Under the pieces are notes generated by a model. It had not been told where the DNA came from. It made no database searches and saw only the letters and a list, made by a program, of their open reading frames with translations. This document shows positions 17,501 to 26,753 of a stretch of DNA of 53,915 nt, piece after piece. The position numbers were made by a program, and so were the translations under genes. The DNA comes from an uncultured Clostridia bacterium. Its GTDB lineage: Bacteria > Bacillota > Clostridia > Oscillospirales > CAG-272. Each line of letters begins with the position of its first letter. Positions within the stretch are counted from its first letter, which is position 1. The stretch spans positions 1 through 53,915 of the forward strand of contig CANPFW010000004.1 in assembly GCA_947573405.1 (NCBI GenBank), in the 5' to 3' direction.

Positions 17501-18853
17501 ATGACCAAAATGGAATATAAGCATTCAGTGTCCCTTGATGTGGATAAATGCAAGGGATGTACACACTGCCTGAAACGCTGCCCTACGGAGGCGATCCGCA
17601 TCCGCGAGGGCAAGGCGCGGATTCATTCTCAGCGGTGTATTGACTGCGGAGAATGCATTCGTGTTTGTCCTTATAAGGCAAAAAAAGCAACCCATGATTC
17701 ATTGGAAGCAATGGAACAGTACCAATATAAAATTGCACTTCCTGCGCCTTCTTTGTACGGACAGTTTGATCATCTTTCGGATATAGACTTTGTGCTGCAA
17801 GGTTTGTTGGATATGGGCTTTGACGAGGTGTATGAAGTCTCTAAGGCTGCGGAGCTTGTGTCCGGTTATACGAGGCAGTATTTGCGCCGGGAAGGACTGA
17901 AAAAGCCCGTTATCAGTTCTGCATGTCCTGTAATCGTCCGGCTGATTGGTATGCGCTTCCCATATTTGTGTGAAAATGTACTGCCGATTCTGCCGCCTGT
18001 TGAAATTGCAGGAAGGCTTGCCAGAGAAAAAGCGCTGGCAGAGCATCCGGAACTGTGTGCTGACGACATCGGAATCTGCTTTATATCCCCTTGCCCCGCA
18101 AAAGTCAGTTATGTCAAAAATGCATTTGCCGGTCAGAAGAGTAATATAGATTTGGTTCTTTCCATATCGGATGTATATTTTCCGTTGGTTTCCCGGATGA
18201 ACAAAATCATTGTACCCAAGGTTTCAACGGATTCGGGTATGGTCGGCGTCAGTTGGGCGGTAGCCGGCGGTGAATCTACAGCAGTGTTCAATGATAAGTA
18301 CTTGGCGGCGGACGGGATTGAAAACGTAATCCGTGTACTGGACCAGATTGAAAATGCCGATTTCCCTGAACTGGAATTTGTAGAACTGAACGCATGTGAC
18401 GGCGGCTGCGTCGGCGGTGTTATGACAATGGCAAATCCATACATAGCAAAAGCACGGATCCAGTCCCTGAAACGGTATCTTCCTGTGTCGCCTAATCTTC
18501 ATCCCGGTGAAGGGGATGTGCCCAGCGAAGCTGTGATGCCGCCTGTGGAATATGCACCTGCTTCCCCTTTGTCAGAAGACCTGAAGGAAGCAATGCGTAT
18601 GATGGCAGACATACAGGATATCCGAAAAGATCTTCCTGATCTGGACTGCGGATCCTGCGGAGCGCCTACCTGCGCCGCATTTGCCGAGGATATTGTTCGT
18701 GGTGAAGTGTGTGCAGACGAGTGCGTGGTGTTTATGCGTATGATCTTTCATGATTATATCGAAAAGAGAAAGGATGCAGCACAGGTGAAAGAAGCCCTGC
18801 GCGCCCAGCCCCGTGCCGGCGAAACGCATCCGGATACAGAGGACGGCATATGA
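17501..18853 (+). CDS. Non-canonical (putative sensory) [FeFe] hydrogenase-like protein with 2x[4Fe-4S] and a C-terminal FeS domain
   Basis: CKGCTHC/CIDCGEC ferredoxin; H-cluster-like SSACP, SPCPAK, ELNACDGGCVGG; DCGSCGAPTC...C. Confidence 0.85.
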   Translation: MTKMEYKHSVSLDVDKCKGCTHCLKRCPTEAIRIREGKARIHSQRCIDCGECIRVCPYKAKKATHDSLEAMEQYQYKIALPAPSLYGQFDHLSDIDFVLQGLLDMGFDEVYEVSKAAELVSGYTRQYLRREGLKKPVISSACPVIVRLIGMRFPYLCENVLPILPPVEIAGRLAREKALAEHPELCADDIGICFISPCPAKVSYVKNAFAGQKSNIDLVLSISDVYFPLVSRMNKIIVPKVSTDSGMVGVSWAVAGGESTAVFNDKYLAADGIENVIRVLDQIENADFPELEFVELNACDGGCVGGVMTMANPYIAKARIQSLKRYLPVSPNLHPGEGDVPSEAVMPPVEYAPASPLSEDLKEAMRMMADIQDIRKDLPDLDCGSCGAPTCAAFAEDIVRGEVCADECVVFMRMIFHDYIEKRKDAAQVKEALRAQPRAGETHPDTEDGI

Positions 18854-19182
18854 AACTGGATCAACTGGCGAAGGAGCTTTCTCTCTGCCATGTTTGCGGC
18901 AGCTTGGATAAGGAAGCAACCAATGTGTATGCGGGAGATCTGCTTAGTTGGGTGATGAGCCATGCAACTGAGGGAGATGTTTGGATCACAATTATGTCCA
19001 ATGTGAATGTGGCTGCAGTGGCAAGTCTTACGGAGACAGCGTGCGTGATTTTGGCGGAGGGTGTGCAGCCTGATGCGGAAACGGTGCAGGCGGCACAGCA
19101 AAAGGATGTGACCATTTTTTCTGATTCCCGCTCTGCATACGAATTATGCTGCAGTCGTGGTGCAATCCTGAAAAATGGGTAA
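18850..19182 (+). CDS. DRTGG/HPr-kinase N-terminal-like domain protein
   Basis: YAGDLLSWVM, WITIMSNVN, VILAEG. Confidence 0.8.
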   Translation: MKLDQLAKELSLCHVCGSLDKEATNVYAGDLLSWVMSHATEGDVWITIMSNVNVAAVASLTETACVILAEGVQPDAETVQAAQQKDVTIFSDSRSAYELCCSRGAILKNG

Positions 19183-19921
19183 ATATTATTACGATCTGCA
19201 CATTCATTCCTGTTTGTCTCCCTGCGGGGATGATGACATGACTCCGGCGAATATCGCCGGTATGGCAGCAGTTGCAGGCTTGCAGATTGCGGCGCTCACA
19301 GATCATAATACGACAGAAAACTGTCCTGCGTTCTGGCAGGCGTGCAAAGCCCAGGGAATTATTCCTGTGCCCGGTGTAGAGCTGACTACATCGGAAGAGA
19401 TTCATTTGCTGTGCCTGTTTCCGGAGCTGGATCCGGCAATGGAGTTCGGGGCACAAATTGCTTCGGCAAGGCTTCCGGTGAAAAACAGACCCGATATTTT
19501 CGGTCGTCAGCTTGTCATGGATCATACAGATAAAGTGATTCGGGAAGAGGAAATTTTGCTGATCAATGCGACCTCTTTGTCTTTGGACGAGGGAACAGCA
19601 TTGTGCAGATCTTTTGGCGGCGTGTGTATGCCCGCGCATATTGACCGGGAAGCAAACGGTGTGATTTCTGTGCTGGGTACGTTCCCGGAAAATTTGGGTT
19701 ATACATGCTATGAACTCAGTTCTACAGGAAATCGGCAGGAACTGGAAACAGTATATCCTCATTTGAAAGAGCTGTGCTGTATAACCGATTCCGACGCCCA
19801 TTATCTGTGGAATATATCCGGACCGGAAAATTGCATGGAACTTGCGGACGAGCCGTACAGCAGTGCGCTGGTGCGTGAAAATCTTCTTGCGGCATTGGAA
19901 GGGAAGTTTTCCTGCCAATGA
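19175..19921 (+). CDS. PHP-domain phosphoesterase
   Basis: DLHIHS, LTDHN, GVE, AHIDR, SDAH. Confidence 0.88.
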   Translation: MGKYYYDLHIHSCLSPCGDDDMTPANIAGMAAVAGLQIAALTDHNTTENCPAFWQACKAQGIIPVPGVELTTSEEIHLLCLFPELDPAMEFGAQIASARLPVKNRPDIFGRQLVMDHTDKVIREEEILLINATSLSLDEGTALCRSFGGVCMPAHIDREANGVISVLGTFPENLGYTCYELSSTGNRQELETVYPHLKELCCITDSDAHYLWNISGPENCMELADEPYSSALVRENLLAALEGKFSCQ

Positions 19922-19941
19922 TGCCGGGAAAGGCGGGAATC

Positions 19942-20493
19942 TTGAAGGACTTATCTCTTTATATATTGGATATCGCAATGAATTCCGTGCGCGCCGGTGC
20001 AAAGCATATTGAAATTCTTTTAGAAGAAGATGCGGATGCAGTTTTGACGCTGACCATTCGCGACGATGGCTGCGGCATGAGTGAAGAACAGGTCAGCCGG
20101 CTGTTTGATCCGTTTTTTACAACGCGGAAAACCCGGGGTGTGGGACTTGGCATTCCTTTTTTACAGATGCTTGCCCAGCAGACGGGAGGCGATGTTACTG
20201 TTGCCTCAAAAAGCGAGCAGGAATATGCAGATCACGGTACCGTGGTCACAGCAGTATTTCACGCAGATCACATAGATTTTATCCCCCTAGGGGATCTTAC
20301 AGAAAGTATTTTAACCCTGATTCAGGGAAGTCCGGATGTGGATTTTATCTATCGGCACACAACCCCTTCCGGATCTGTTACTATGGATACAGCAGAGATG
20401 CGCAGCGTGCTGGGTGATGATATATCTCTGGCAAGCTACGAAGTGCTTGGTTTTATAAAAGCGTATTTACAAGAGCAGTATCAACAATTTTAA
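19942..20493 (+). CDS. Stand-alone histidine-kinase-like ATPase (HATPase_c)
   Basis: DIAMNSVRA, DDGCGM, DPFFTT, GLGIP; no HisKA domain; start may be 19918. Confidence 0.82.
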   Translation: MKDLSLYILDIAMNSVRAGAKHIEILLEEDADAVLTLTIRDDGCGMSEEQVSRLFDPFFTTRKTRGVGLGIPFLQMLAQQTGGDVTVASKSEQEYADHGTVVTAVFHADHIDFIPLGDLTESILTLIQGSPDVDFIYRHTTPSGSVTMDTAEMRSVLGDDISLASYEVLGFIKAYLQEQYQQF

Positions 20494-20519
20494 TTTATAA
20501 ATCGGAAAGGAAGCATTGT

Positions 20520-20891
20520 ATGAAATCGTTATCAGAACTTGCAGCGATCAGAGAACAAATGAAAGACAAAGTCGCTATCCGTACAGGATCCGGAGATATC
20601 CGCGTTGTAGTAGGAATGGCAACCTGCGGAATTTCTGCCGGCGCGAGACCGGTGCTGAATGCATTTGTTGAGGAGGTTGCAGCTGCAAATCTTACAGAAA
20701 AGGTAATGGTAACCCAGACCGGATGCATCGGCATCTGCCAGTATGAGCCGGTTGTTGAGATTTTCGAGGACGGAAAAGAAAAGACCACCTATGTAAAAAT
20801 GACGCCTGAAAAGGCAAAGCGGGTCGTTGAGGAACACCTGAAAGGCGGAAAGCCTGTTTCTGAATATTTGATCGGCAATACAAAGCTTTAA
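20520..20891 (+). CDS. Thioredoxin-like [2Fe-2S] ferredoxin subunit (HydD/HndB)
   Basis: VGMATCGISAGA, TGCIGIC..EP. Confidence 0.88.
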   Translation: MKSLSELAAIREQMKDKVAIRTGSGDIRVVVGMATCGISAGARPVLNAFVEEVAAANLTEKVMVTQTGCIGICQYEPVVEIFEDGKEKTTYVKMTPEKAKRVVEEHLKGGKPVSEYLIGNTKL

Positions 20892-20910
20892 TCTGGAGGG
20901 ACAAAAAAGA

Positions 20911-22716
20911 ATGGTACGTTCACATGTTTTGATTTGCGGAGGCACAGGCTGTACATCCTCCGGCAGTACTGCATTAAGGGAGGCACTTGCAGCGGAACTG
21001 GCAGCCAATAATCTCAGTGAAGAAATAAAAATCGTCCAGACCGGATGCTTTGGCTTGTGTGCACTGGGTCCGATTATGATTGTTTATCCTGAGGGAACTT
21101 TCTATTCCAGAGTTACCAAAGAGGATATCCCGGAAATCGTATCTGAGCACCTGCTCAAAGGTCGTATTGTGGATCGCTTGGTTTACAATAAAAATGACGA
21201 TGCAGATGAAGATGCTGCAGCACACGAAATGCACGCATCTCTTTCCGATACAGACTTCTATAAAAAGCAAAAACGTGTTGCACTGCGCAACTGCGGTGTA
21301 ATTAACCCGGAAAAAATTGACGAATACATAGCAATGGACGGATATTTTGCCCTTGCGAAAGTGCTTACCGAGATGAGCAGAGAAGATGTTGTGCAGACTC
21401 TGCTGGATTCCGGTCTGCGCGGACGCGGCGGTGCGGGATTCCCCACCGGTCTCAAGTGGAAATTTGCTATGGGCAGCGAGGGGAAAAAATACGTTTGCTG
21501 TAATGCGGACGAAGGGGACCCGGGTGCGTTCATGGACCGTTCCGTGCTGGAAGGGGACCCCCATGCTGTGCTGGAAGCTATGGCAATTGCAGGTTATGCA
21601 ATCGGTGCAGATCAGGGTTATATTTACGTGCGTGCAGAATATCCCATCGCGGTAAATCGTTTGGAAATTGCACTGGAACAGGCAAGAGAATACGGTCTGC
21701 TTGGCAACAACATTTTGGATACAGGATTTAACTTTGATATTCAGCTGCGTCTCGGCGCAGGTGCGTTTGTGTGCGGTGAGGAAACTGCGCTGATGACTTC
21801 TATTGAAGGCAAACGCGGCGAACCCCGTCCCCGTCCTCCGTTCCCGGCAGTGAAGGGTCTGTTCGAGCGTCCTACAATTCTGAACAACGTAGAAACCTAT
21901 GCAAACATTCCTCAGATTATTTTAAACGGTCCGGAATGGTTTGCGTCCATGGGTACAGAAAAATCCAAGGGTACCAAAGTATTTGCCCTTGGCGGTAAGA
22001 TCACCAACACCGGTCTTGTGGAAGTTCCTATGGGTACAACCCTGCGTGAAATCGTAGAAGAAATCGGCGGCGGTATCCCGAACGGGAAGAAGTTCAAAGC
22101 AGCACAAACCGGTGGTCCTTCCGGCGGATGTATTCCTGCATCCCTGATTGACACCCCCATCGACTATGATAACCTTCTGGAAATCGGCTCTATGATGGGT
22201 TCCGGCGGTCTGATTGTTATGGACGAGGACACCTGTATGGTAGACCTTGCGAAATTCTTCCTGGAATTTACTGTAGATGAATCCTGCGGTAAGTGCGCAC
22301 CCTGCCGTATCGGTACAGTTCGTATGCTGGAAATCCTGAATAAGATCACCGAAGGCAATGGTGAGATGGAGGATTTGGATAAGCTGGAGGAACTGGCAAA
22401 CTATATCAAATCCGCTTCTCTGTGCGGTTTGGGACAAACTGCACCGAACCCCGTGCTTTCTACTCTGCGGTACTTCCGTGACGAGTATGAGGCACATATC
22501 AAAGAAAAAAGATGTCCTGCCGGCGTATGTAAAAAACTTCTTACTTACAATATCGATCCTGATAAGTGTAAAGGCTGTACGCTTTGCGCGCGTGTATGTC
22601 CTGCAAACGCAATTTCCGGTACAGTTAAGAATGCACATGTTATCGATCCGGAGAAATGCCTGAAGTGCGGCGCTTGTATAGAGAAGTGTAAATTCGGCGC
22701 GATTTACAAGAAGTAA
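20911..22716 (+). CDS. NuoF-like NADH/FMN subunit (HydB/HndC)
   Basis: GRGGAGF, NADEGDPGAFMDR, GEETAL, GGPSGG, SCGKC..CR, C-terminal 2x[4Fe-4S]. Confidence 0.93.
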   Translation: MVRSHVLICGGTGCTSSGSTALREALAAELAANNLSEEIKIVQTGCFGLCALGPIMIVYPEGTFYSRVTKEDIPEIVSEHLLKGRIVDRLVYNKNDDADEDAAAHEMHASLSDTDFYKKQKRVALRNCGVINPEKIDEYIAMDGYFALAKVLTEMSREDVVQTLLDSGLRGRGGAGFPTGLKWKFAMGSEGKKYVCCNADEGDPGAFMDRSVLEGDPHAVLEAMAIAGYAIGADQGYIYVRAEYPIAVNRLEIALEQAREYGLLGNNILDTGFNFDIQLRLGAGAFVCGEETALMTSIEGKRGEPRPRPPFPAVKGLFERPTILNNVETYANIPQIILNGPEWFASMGTEKSKGTKVFALGGKITNTGLVEVPMGTTLREIVEEIGGGIPNGKKFKAAQTGGPSGGCIPASLIDTPIDYDNLLEIGSMMGSGGLIVMDEDTCMVDLAKFFLEFTVDESCGKCAPCRIGTVRMLEILNKITEGNGEMEDLDKLEELANYIKSASLCGLGQTAPNPVLSTLRYFRDEYEAHIKEKRCPAGVCKKLLTYNIDPDKCKGCTLCARVCPANAISGTVKNAHVIDPEKCLKCGACIEKCKFGAIYKK

Positions 22717-22736
22717 GGAAGGAGTACATTCAATAA

Positions 22737-24485
22737 ATGGAAACCAAAATGGTCAATATAAAAATCAATGGTGCAGATTACTCTGTGCCCTACGGAACTA
22801 CTGTTCTGGAGGCTTGCAGACAGGCAGGCATTGAAATCCCCACCCTTTGTTATTTGAAAGATGTAAACGAAATCGGCGCTTGCCGTCTATGTCTTGTTGA
22901 AGTAGTTGGTGCAAGAGGTCTGGTTACCTCCTGTGTATATCCCATTGAGCGGGAAGGCACAGAAATTCTCACCAACACTGCAAAAGTACAGGCTGCACGT
23001 AAGATGAACATTCAGCTGGTGCTTTCGGCACATGAGAAAAAATGTCTTTCCTGTATCCGTTCCAAAACCTGCGAATTGCAGAAGTATGCACTGGACTACG
23101 GTGTAGAGGAGGATTACTTCAAGCCTGCAAAGACAGAGTCTCTGCCTTTGGAAACAACCGGTCCTTCCATTGTCCGCGATCCCAACAAGTGCATTCTGTG
23201 CCGCCGCTGCGTTGGTGCATGTAACCGTGTACAGGGAATCGGTGCAATCGGTATGCAGAACCGTGGCTATGACACAGTGGTTGGCTGCGCGTTTGAGCAG
23301 AATCTTACAGATACAACCTGTATTAACTGTGGTCAGTGTATCGTTTCCTGTCCTGTAGGAGCACTGTACGAAAAGGACGATACAGATAAGATCCGTGAAG
23401 CGTTGAACGATCCTACCAAGCATGTTGCTATTTGCTGCGCACCTTCCGTACGTGCACAAATCGGTGAGTGCTTTGGATATGAACCCGGTACCGACTGCGA
23501 AGGCAAGATGGTTGCAGCGTTGAAGCGCCTTGGATTTGACGGCGTGTACGATATGAACTTCACCGCAGACTTGACGATTATGGAGGAGGCAACAGAGCTT
23601 CTGGGTCGTATCCAGAACGGCGGAACACTGCCGATGATTACTTCCTGCTCTCCCGGGTGGATCAAATACTGCGAGCATTACTTCCCAGAAATGATTGATA
23701 ATCTGTCTACTTGCAAATCTCCCCAGCAGATGTTTGGTGCGATTTATAAGGCGTTCTTCTGCAAGAAGATGGGTGTAGATCCAGAGGATGTGGTATTTGT
23801 TTCTGCAATTCCTTGTACTGCAAAGAAATTCGAGGTTGGTAGAGACGGACAGTCCAACGATGATCTGCAGAATGTAGATATCGCCGTTACAACCAGAGAA
23901 CTTGGTCGTATGATCGAATCTGCCGGTATCAATTTCAAGATGCTGCCGGATGAGAAATTTGACACACCGATTGATATCGGTTCCGGTGCAGGCGCGATCT
24001 TTGGCGCTACCGGCGGTGTTATGGAAGCTGCGCTCCGTACAGCTGCGGAAGTGATTCTGGGTACTACCCTTGAAAAGGTTGATTTTGAGGATGTGCGCGG
24101 TGTAGAGGGCGTTAAGTTTGCACAGTATAAGCTTGGTGATATGACGGTTCGCGTGGCAGTAGCCAGCGGTACTGCAAATGCGGCAAAACTGCTCCGCGGT
24201 ATCCAAAGTGGAGAATATCAGGCCGACTTTATTGAGATCATGGCATGTCCCGGCGGCTGTGTAAACGGCGGAGGACAGCCGATTCAGCCTGCAAGTGTGC
24301 GTAATTCAATGGATTTGCGTGCAGTACGTGCCAAAATTCTTTACGATGCAGATAAGAACCTGCCGTATCGTAAATCTCATGAAAATCCCATTATCAAGCT
24401 GGTATATGATGAATTCTTGGGCGAGCCGAACAGTCATAAGGCGCATGAATTGCTTCATACTCATTATGTAAAACGTTCTTTGTAA
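22737..24485 (+). CDS. [FeFe] hydrogenase catalytic subunit, group A (HydA/HndD)
   Basis: TSCSPGW, PCTAKKFE, EIMACPGGCVNGGGQP; N-terminal 2Fe-2S, His-ligated and 2x4Fe-4S motifs. Confidence 0.95.
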   Translation: METKMVNIKINGADYSVPYGTTVLEACRQAGIEIPTLCYLKDVNEIGACRLCLVEVVGARGLVTSCVYPIEREGTEILTNTAKVQAARKMNIQLVLSAHEKKCLSCIRSKTCELQKYALDYGVEEDYFKPAKTESLPLETTGPSIVRDPNKCILCRRCVGACNRVQGIGAIGMQNRGYDTVVGCAFEQNLTDTTCINCGQCIVSCPVGALYEKDDTDKIREALNDPTKHVAICCAPSVRAQIGECFGYEPGTDCEGKMVAALKRLGFDGVYDMNFTADLTIMEEATELLGRIQNGGTLPMITSCSPGWIKYCEHYFPEMIDNLSTCKSPQQMFGAIYKAFFCKKMGVDPEDVVFVSAIPCTAKKFEVGRDGQSNDDLQNVDIAVTTRELGRMIESAGINFKMLPDEKFDTPIDIGSGAGAIFGATGGVMEAALRTAAEVILGTTLEKVDFEDVRGVEGVKFAQYKLGDMTVRVAVASGTANAAKLLRGIQSGEYQADFIEIMACPGGCVNGGGQPIQPASVRNSMDLRAVRAKILYDADKNLPYRKSHENPIIKLVYDEFLGEPNSHKAHELLHTHYVKRSL

Positions 24486-24504
24486 TCAGATGTAAATTTA
24501 CGTT

Positions 24505-24543
24505 GCACCTCTGCAAAACATAGATTTTGCAGAGGTGTTTTAT
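24505..24543 (+). terminator. Intrinsic terminator of the hydrogenase operon
   Basis: GCACCTCTGCAAAA...TTTTGCAGAGGTGT plus T run. Confidence 0.8.
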
Positions 24544-24608
24544 TGCAATTCTGAGTTTTATATGGTACAATATCATAAGAATAAAAGAGAAAGGCACGGT
24601 AAACTGCC

Positions 24609-25997
24609 ATGCTAAAAAAAATACTTGCCACTTTTCTCGCGGGGGTACTTGCAGTCGGATTTGTTTCCTGCGGAAAAAATGAGGATATGGAAGAAAAAAA
24701 TTACACTTCTGCAGATGTTGCAGCAGAAAGCGAAAATTTTCAGTTTACAAGAGCTGAATTAAGTTATTTGTTTTACCAGAATTACCAATCCTTTCTCCAG
24801 CAGAACCAAAGCTATATGCAGTATATCGGAATTGATACTTCTGCATCGTTGAAAGATCAATCTTATTCGGAAGATGTGACTTGGTTTGCATATTTTATGC
24901 AGGAAACTACAGAAGATTTGCACCAGATTTTGGCTTTGTGCGAGGCAGCCAAAGCTGCCGGAATAGAATTGGATGACGAAGATCAAGCAGAAATTGAAGC
25001 TGTATTAGCCAGCTACACAAAATATGCAGAGGATTATGAATTTGAACTGGATGCTCTTTTGAAAAGAGAATACGGAGCGGATATTTCATTTGAAGCGCTG
25101 CGAACTTGCCTGGAAAAACTGAGGCTTTCTATTAAATATCAAGATATGCTTGTTTCAGGATATGATTTTAATGATTCGGACTTTACCGCATATTTAGAGG
25201 AGCATAACGACGCTTTTTATTGCGTTGATTATTTGTCTTATACTTTTGATGAGGATACAGCGAAGGATGCTGCTGAAAAAGCGCAGGAACTGGCGGCTAT
25301 TACAGACGCAGCAGCTTTTGAAGCATATGTGCGTACATTTGAAACGGAATTTTTAGGCAGAACTGAAAATGAAATGGATCTTTCCGATATGTCACATGCG
25401 TTTGCATTAAAGGATGCCAAAAATTCGTTCAGCACATGGGCATTTGGCAGTGCACAGCCCGGCACAACTTATGTAGATAAAAACGAAGTTGACGGAATCT
25501 ATACGGTATATCTTCTTACAAAGACACCGTATTTGCAGGATTATACAACCAAAAATTTCCGATATGTTTATCTGACTCTTGACACATATGGATCGTATGA
25601 TAAATTGCTGGAACGTGCAAACGAATTGGTAAATACGTGGCAGGCAGGTGGTGCTGATGCAGACAGCTTTGGAAAGCTGGCATTTGACTACAGCGAAGAT
25701 GGAGCAACCGGTGATATTGGCGGAATCTATGAAAATTTAGGTATGGCGCCCAGCAAGTTTCCTGATGCGGTTGTAACCTGGCTGTATGACGAAAACAGGC
25801 AGGCAGGCGACGTTGAGGTGATTCGGGGCGACCAAGCGTATTTCATTGTTTATTTTGAGGGCGACGGTCAGATTCAATGGAAAAATCAAGCGCAGACGTC
25901 TCTTTCAGAGAAACAGTTTGCGGCTGATATGAAAGAATTTCGTGAAAAGTATGAGATGAAAACTTATGATAAGGTTATGGATTCTTTAACAGCATAA
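24609..25997 (+). CDS. Lipoprotein, PrsA/parvulin-like foldase family
   Basis: Lipobox FVSC; FGKLA..YSED...GGIYE; VIRG..AYFIVYF. Confidence 0.65.
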   Translation: MLKKILATFLAGVLAVGFVSCGKNEDMEEKNYTSADVAAESENFQFTRAELSYLFYQNYQSFLQQNQSYMQYIGIDTSASLKDQSYSEDVTWFAYFMQETTEDLHQILALCEAAKAAGIELDDEDQAEIEAVLASYTKYAEDYEFELDALLKREYGADISFEALRTCLEKLRLSIKYQDMLVSGYDFNDSDFTAYLEEHNDAFYCVDYLSYTFDEDTAKDAAEKAQELAAITDAAAFEAYVRTFETEFLGRTENEMDLSDMSHAFALKDAKNSFSTWAFGSAQPGTTYVDKNEVDGIYTVYLLTKTPYLQDYTTKNFRYVYLTLDTYGSYDKLLERANELVNTWQAGGADADSFGKLAFDYSEDGATGDIGGIYENLGMAPSKFPDAVVTWLYDENRQAGDVEVIRGDQAYFIVYFEGDGQIQWKNQAQTSLSEKQFAADMKEFREKYEMKTYDKVMDSLTA

Positions 25998-26031
25998 AAA
26001 AACCGGATCCGGGTCGGGTCCGGTTTTTTAT
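25996..26031. terminator. Intrinsic terminator (bidirectional form)
   Basis: AAAAAAACCGGATCCG-GGT-CGGGTCCGGTTTTTT. Confidence 0.8.
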
Positions 26032-26064
26032 ACCAAAAGAAAATACCGCAAATGTGCAAAGCAC

Positions 26065-26093
26065 TTGATTTGCAATGGATTTTATGATATACT
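26065..26093 (+). promoter_or_regulatory. sigmaA-type promoter for the tRNA locus
   Basis: TTGATT-17 bp-TATACT with extended TG. Confidence 0.6.
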
Positions 26094-26132
26094 ACAATTC
26101 AGTTAGCGCATATAAGACTGTCAAAAGTGTAT

Positions 26133-26207
26133 GCCTTCTTGGTTAAATGGATATAACAGTCCTCTTTTAAGCGGTAGTTTGCTCGTATCCATTTAGATGA
26201 GGGCGCA
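26133..26207 (+). pseudogene. Degenerate tRNA-like sequence (tRNA-Arg derived)
   Basis: Acceptor GCCTTCT/TGAGGGC and D-arm GTTA-AATGGATA-TAAC at canonical spacing; anticodon stem and T-arm broken. Confidence 0.65.
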
Positions 26208-26231
26208 TAAGAACTTCATATTAATTCACAT

Positions 26232-26307
26232 GTCCCGGTAGCGTAGTGGATAACGCAACCGCCTCCTAAGCGGTAGATCGGAGGTTCAAGTCCTCTCCGG
26301 GACGCCA
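26232..26307 (+). tRNA. tRNA-Arg (anticodon CCT)
   Basis: Cloverleaf GTCCCGG/CCGGGAC, loop CTCCTAA, GGTTCAAGTCC, encoded CCA. Confidence 0.95.
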
Positions 26308-26459
26308 GAAACAACGCCGAAAGCCTTTATTTTCAAGGGCTTTCGGCTTTTTTGATGTTCTAATCCCTTTGTATGAATCTCCGCATGACCAATCGCAAGA
26401 GATATCAATATTCGCTTTGCCTTTTAGTCATCAATAGCTGCTACTGTGCCGTTTGGGGA

Positions 26460-26599
26460 TCAGTCAAAATAACATATCGCCCTTTATATCCGGACTTAAT
26501 GGCTACCAGTGTATTGGCATGGAAGCGAGGACAGCCATTCAGCCAAAATTTGTAGAGCACATTAAATGCCTTTTGGGCATGGTAAAATATAAAAACTAA
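26460..26599 (+). pseudogene. C-terminal remnant of a LysR-type regulator (frameshifted)
   Basis: YRPLYPDLMATSVLAWKRGQPFS, then in another frame KFVEHIKCLLGM; resembles clostridial LysR C-termini (recall). Confidence 0.55.
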
Positions 26600-26753
26600 G
26601 TATTTGATATAATTTGATTTCTCTATTATAATGTAAGTGTAATTAGGAAAGAATCCTGGCTTCCTAACGGCACTTACTTTTTATGGAATGGGCAGGCCGT
26701 CTTAGGCTGAATCTAAAGGATACAATCAACCAACAAATTGGAGGTAACAATTT

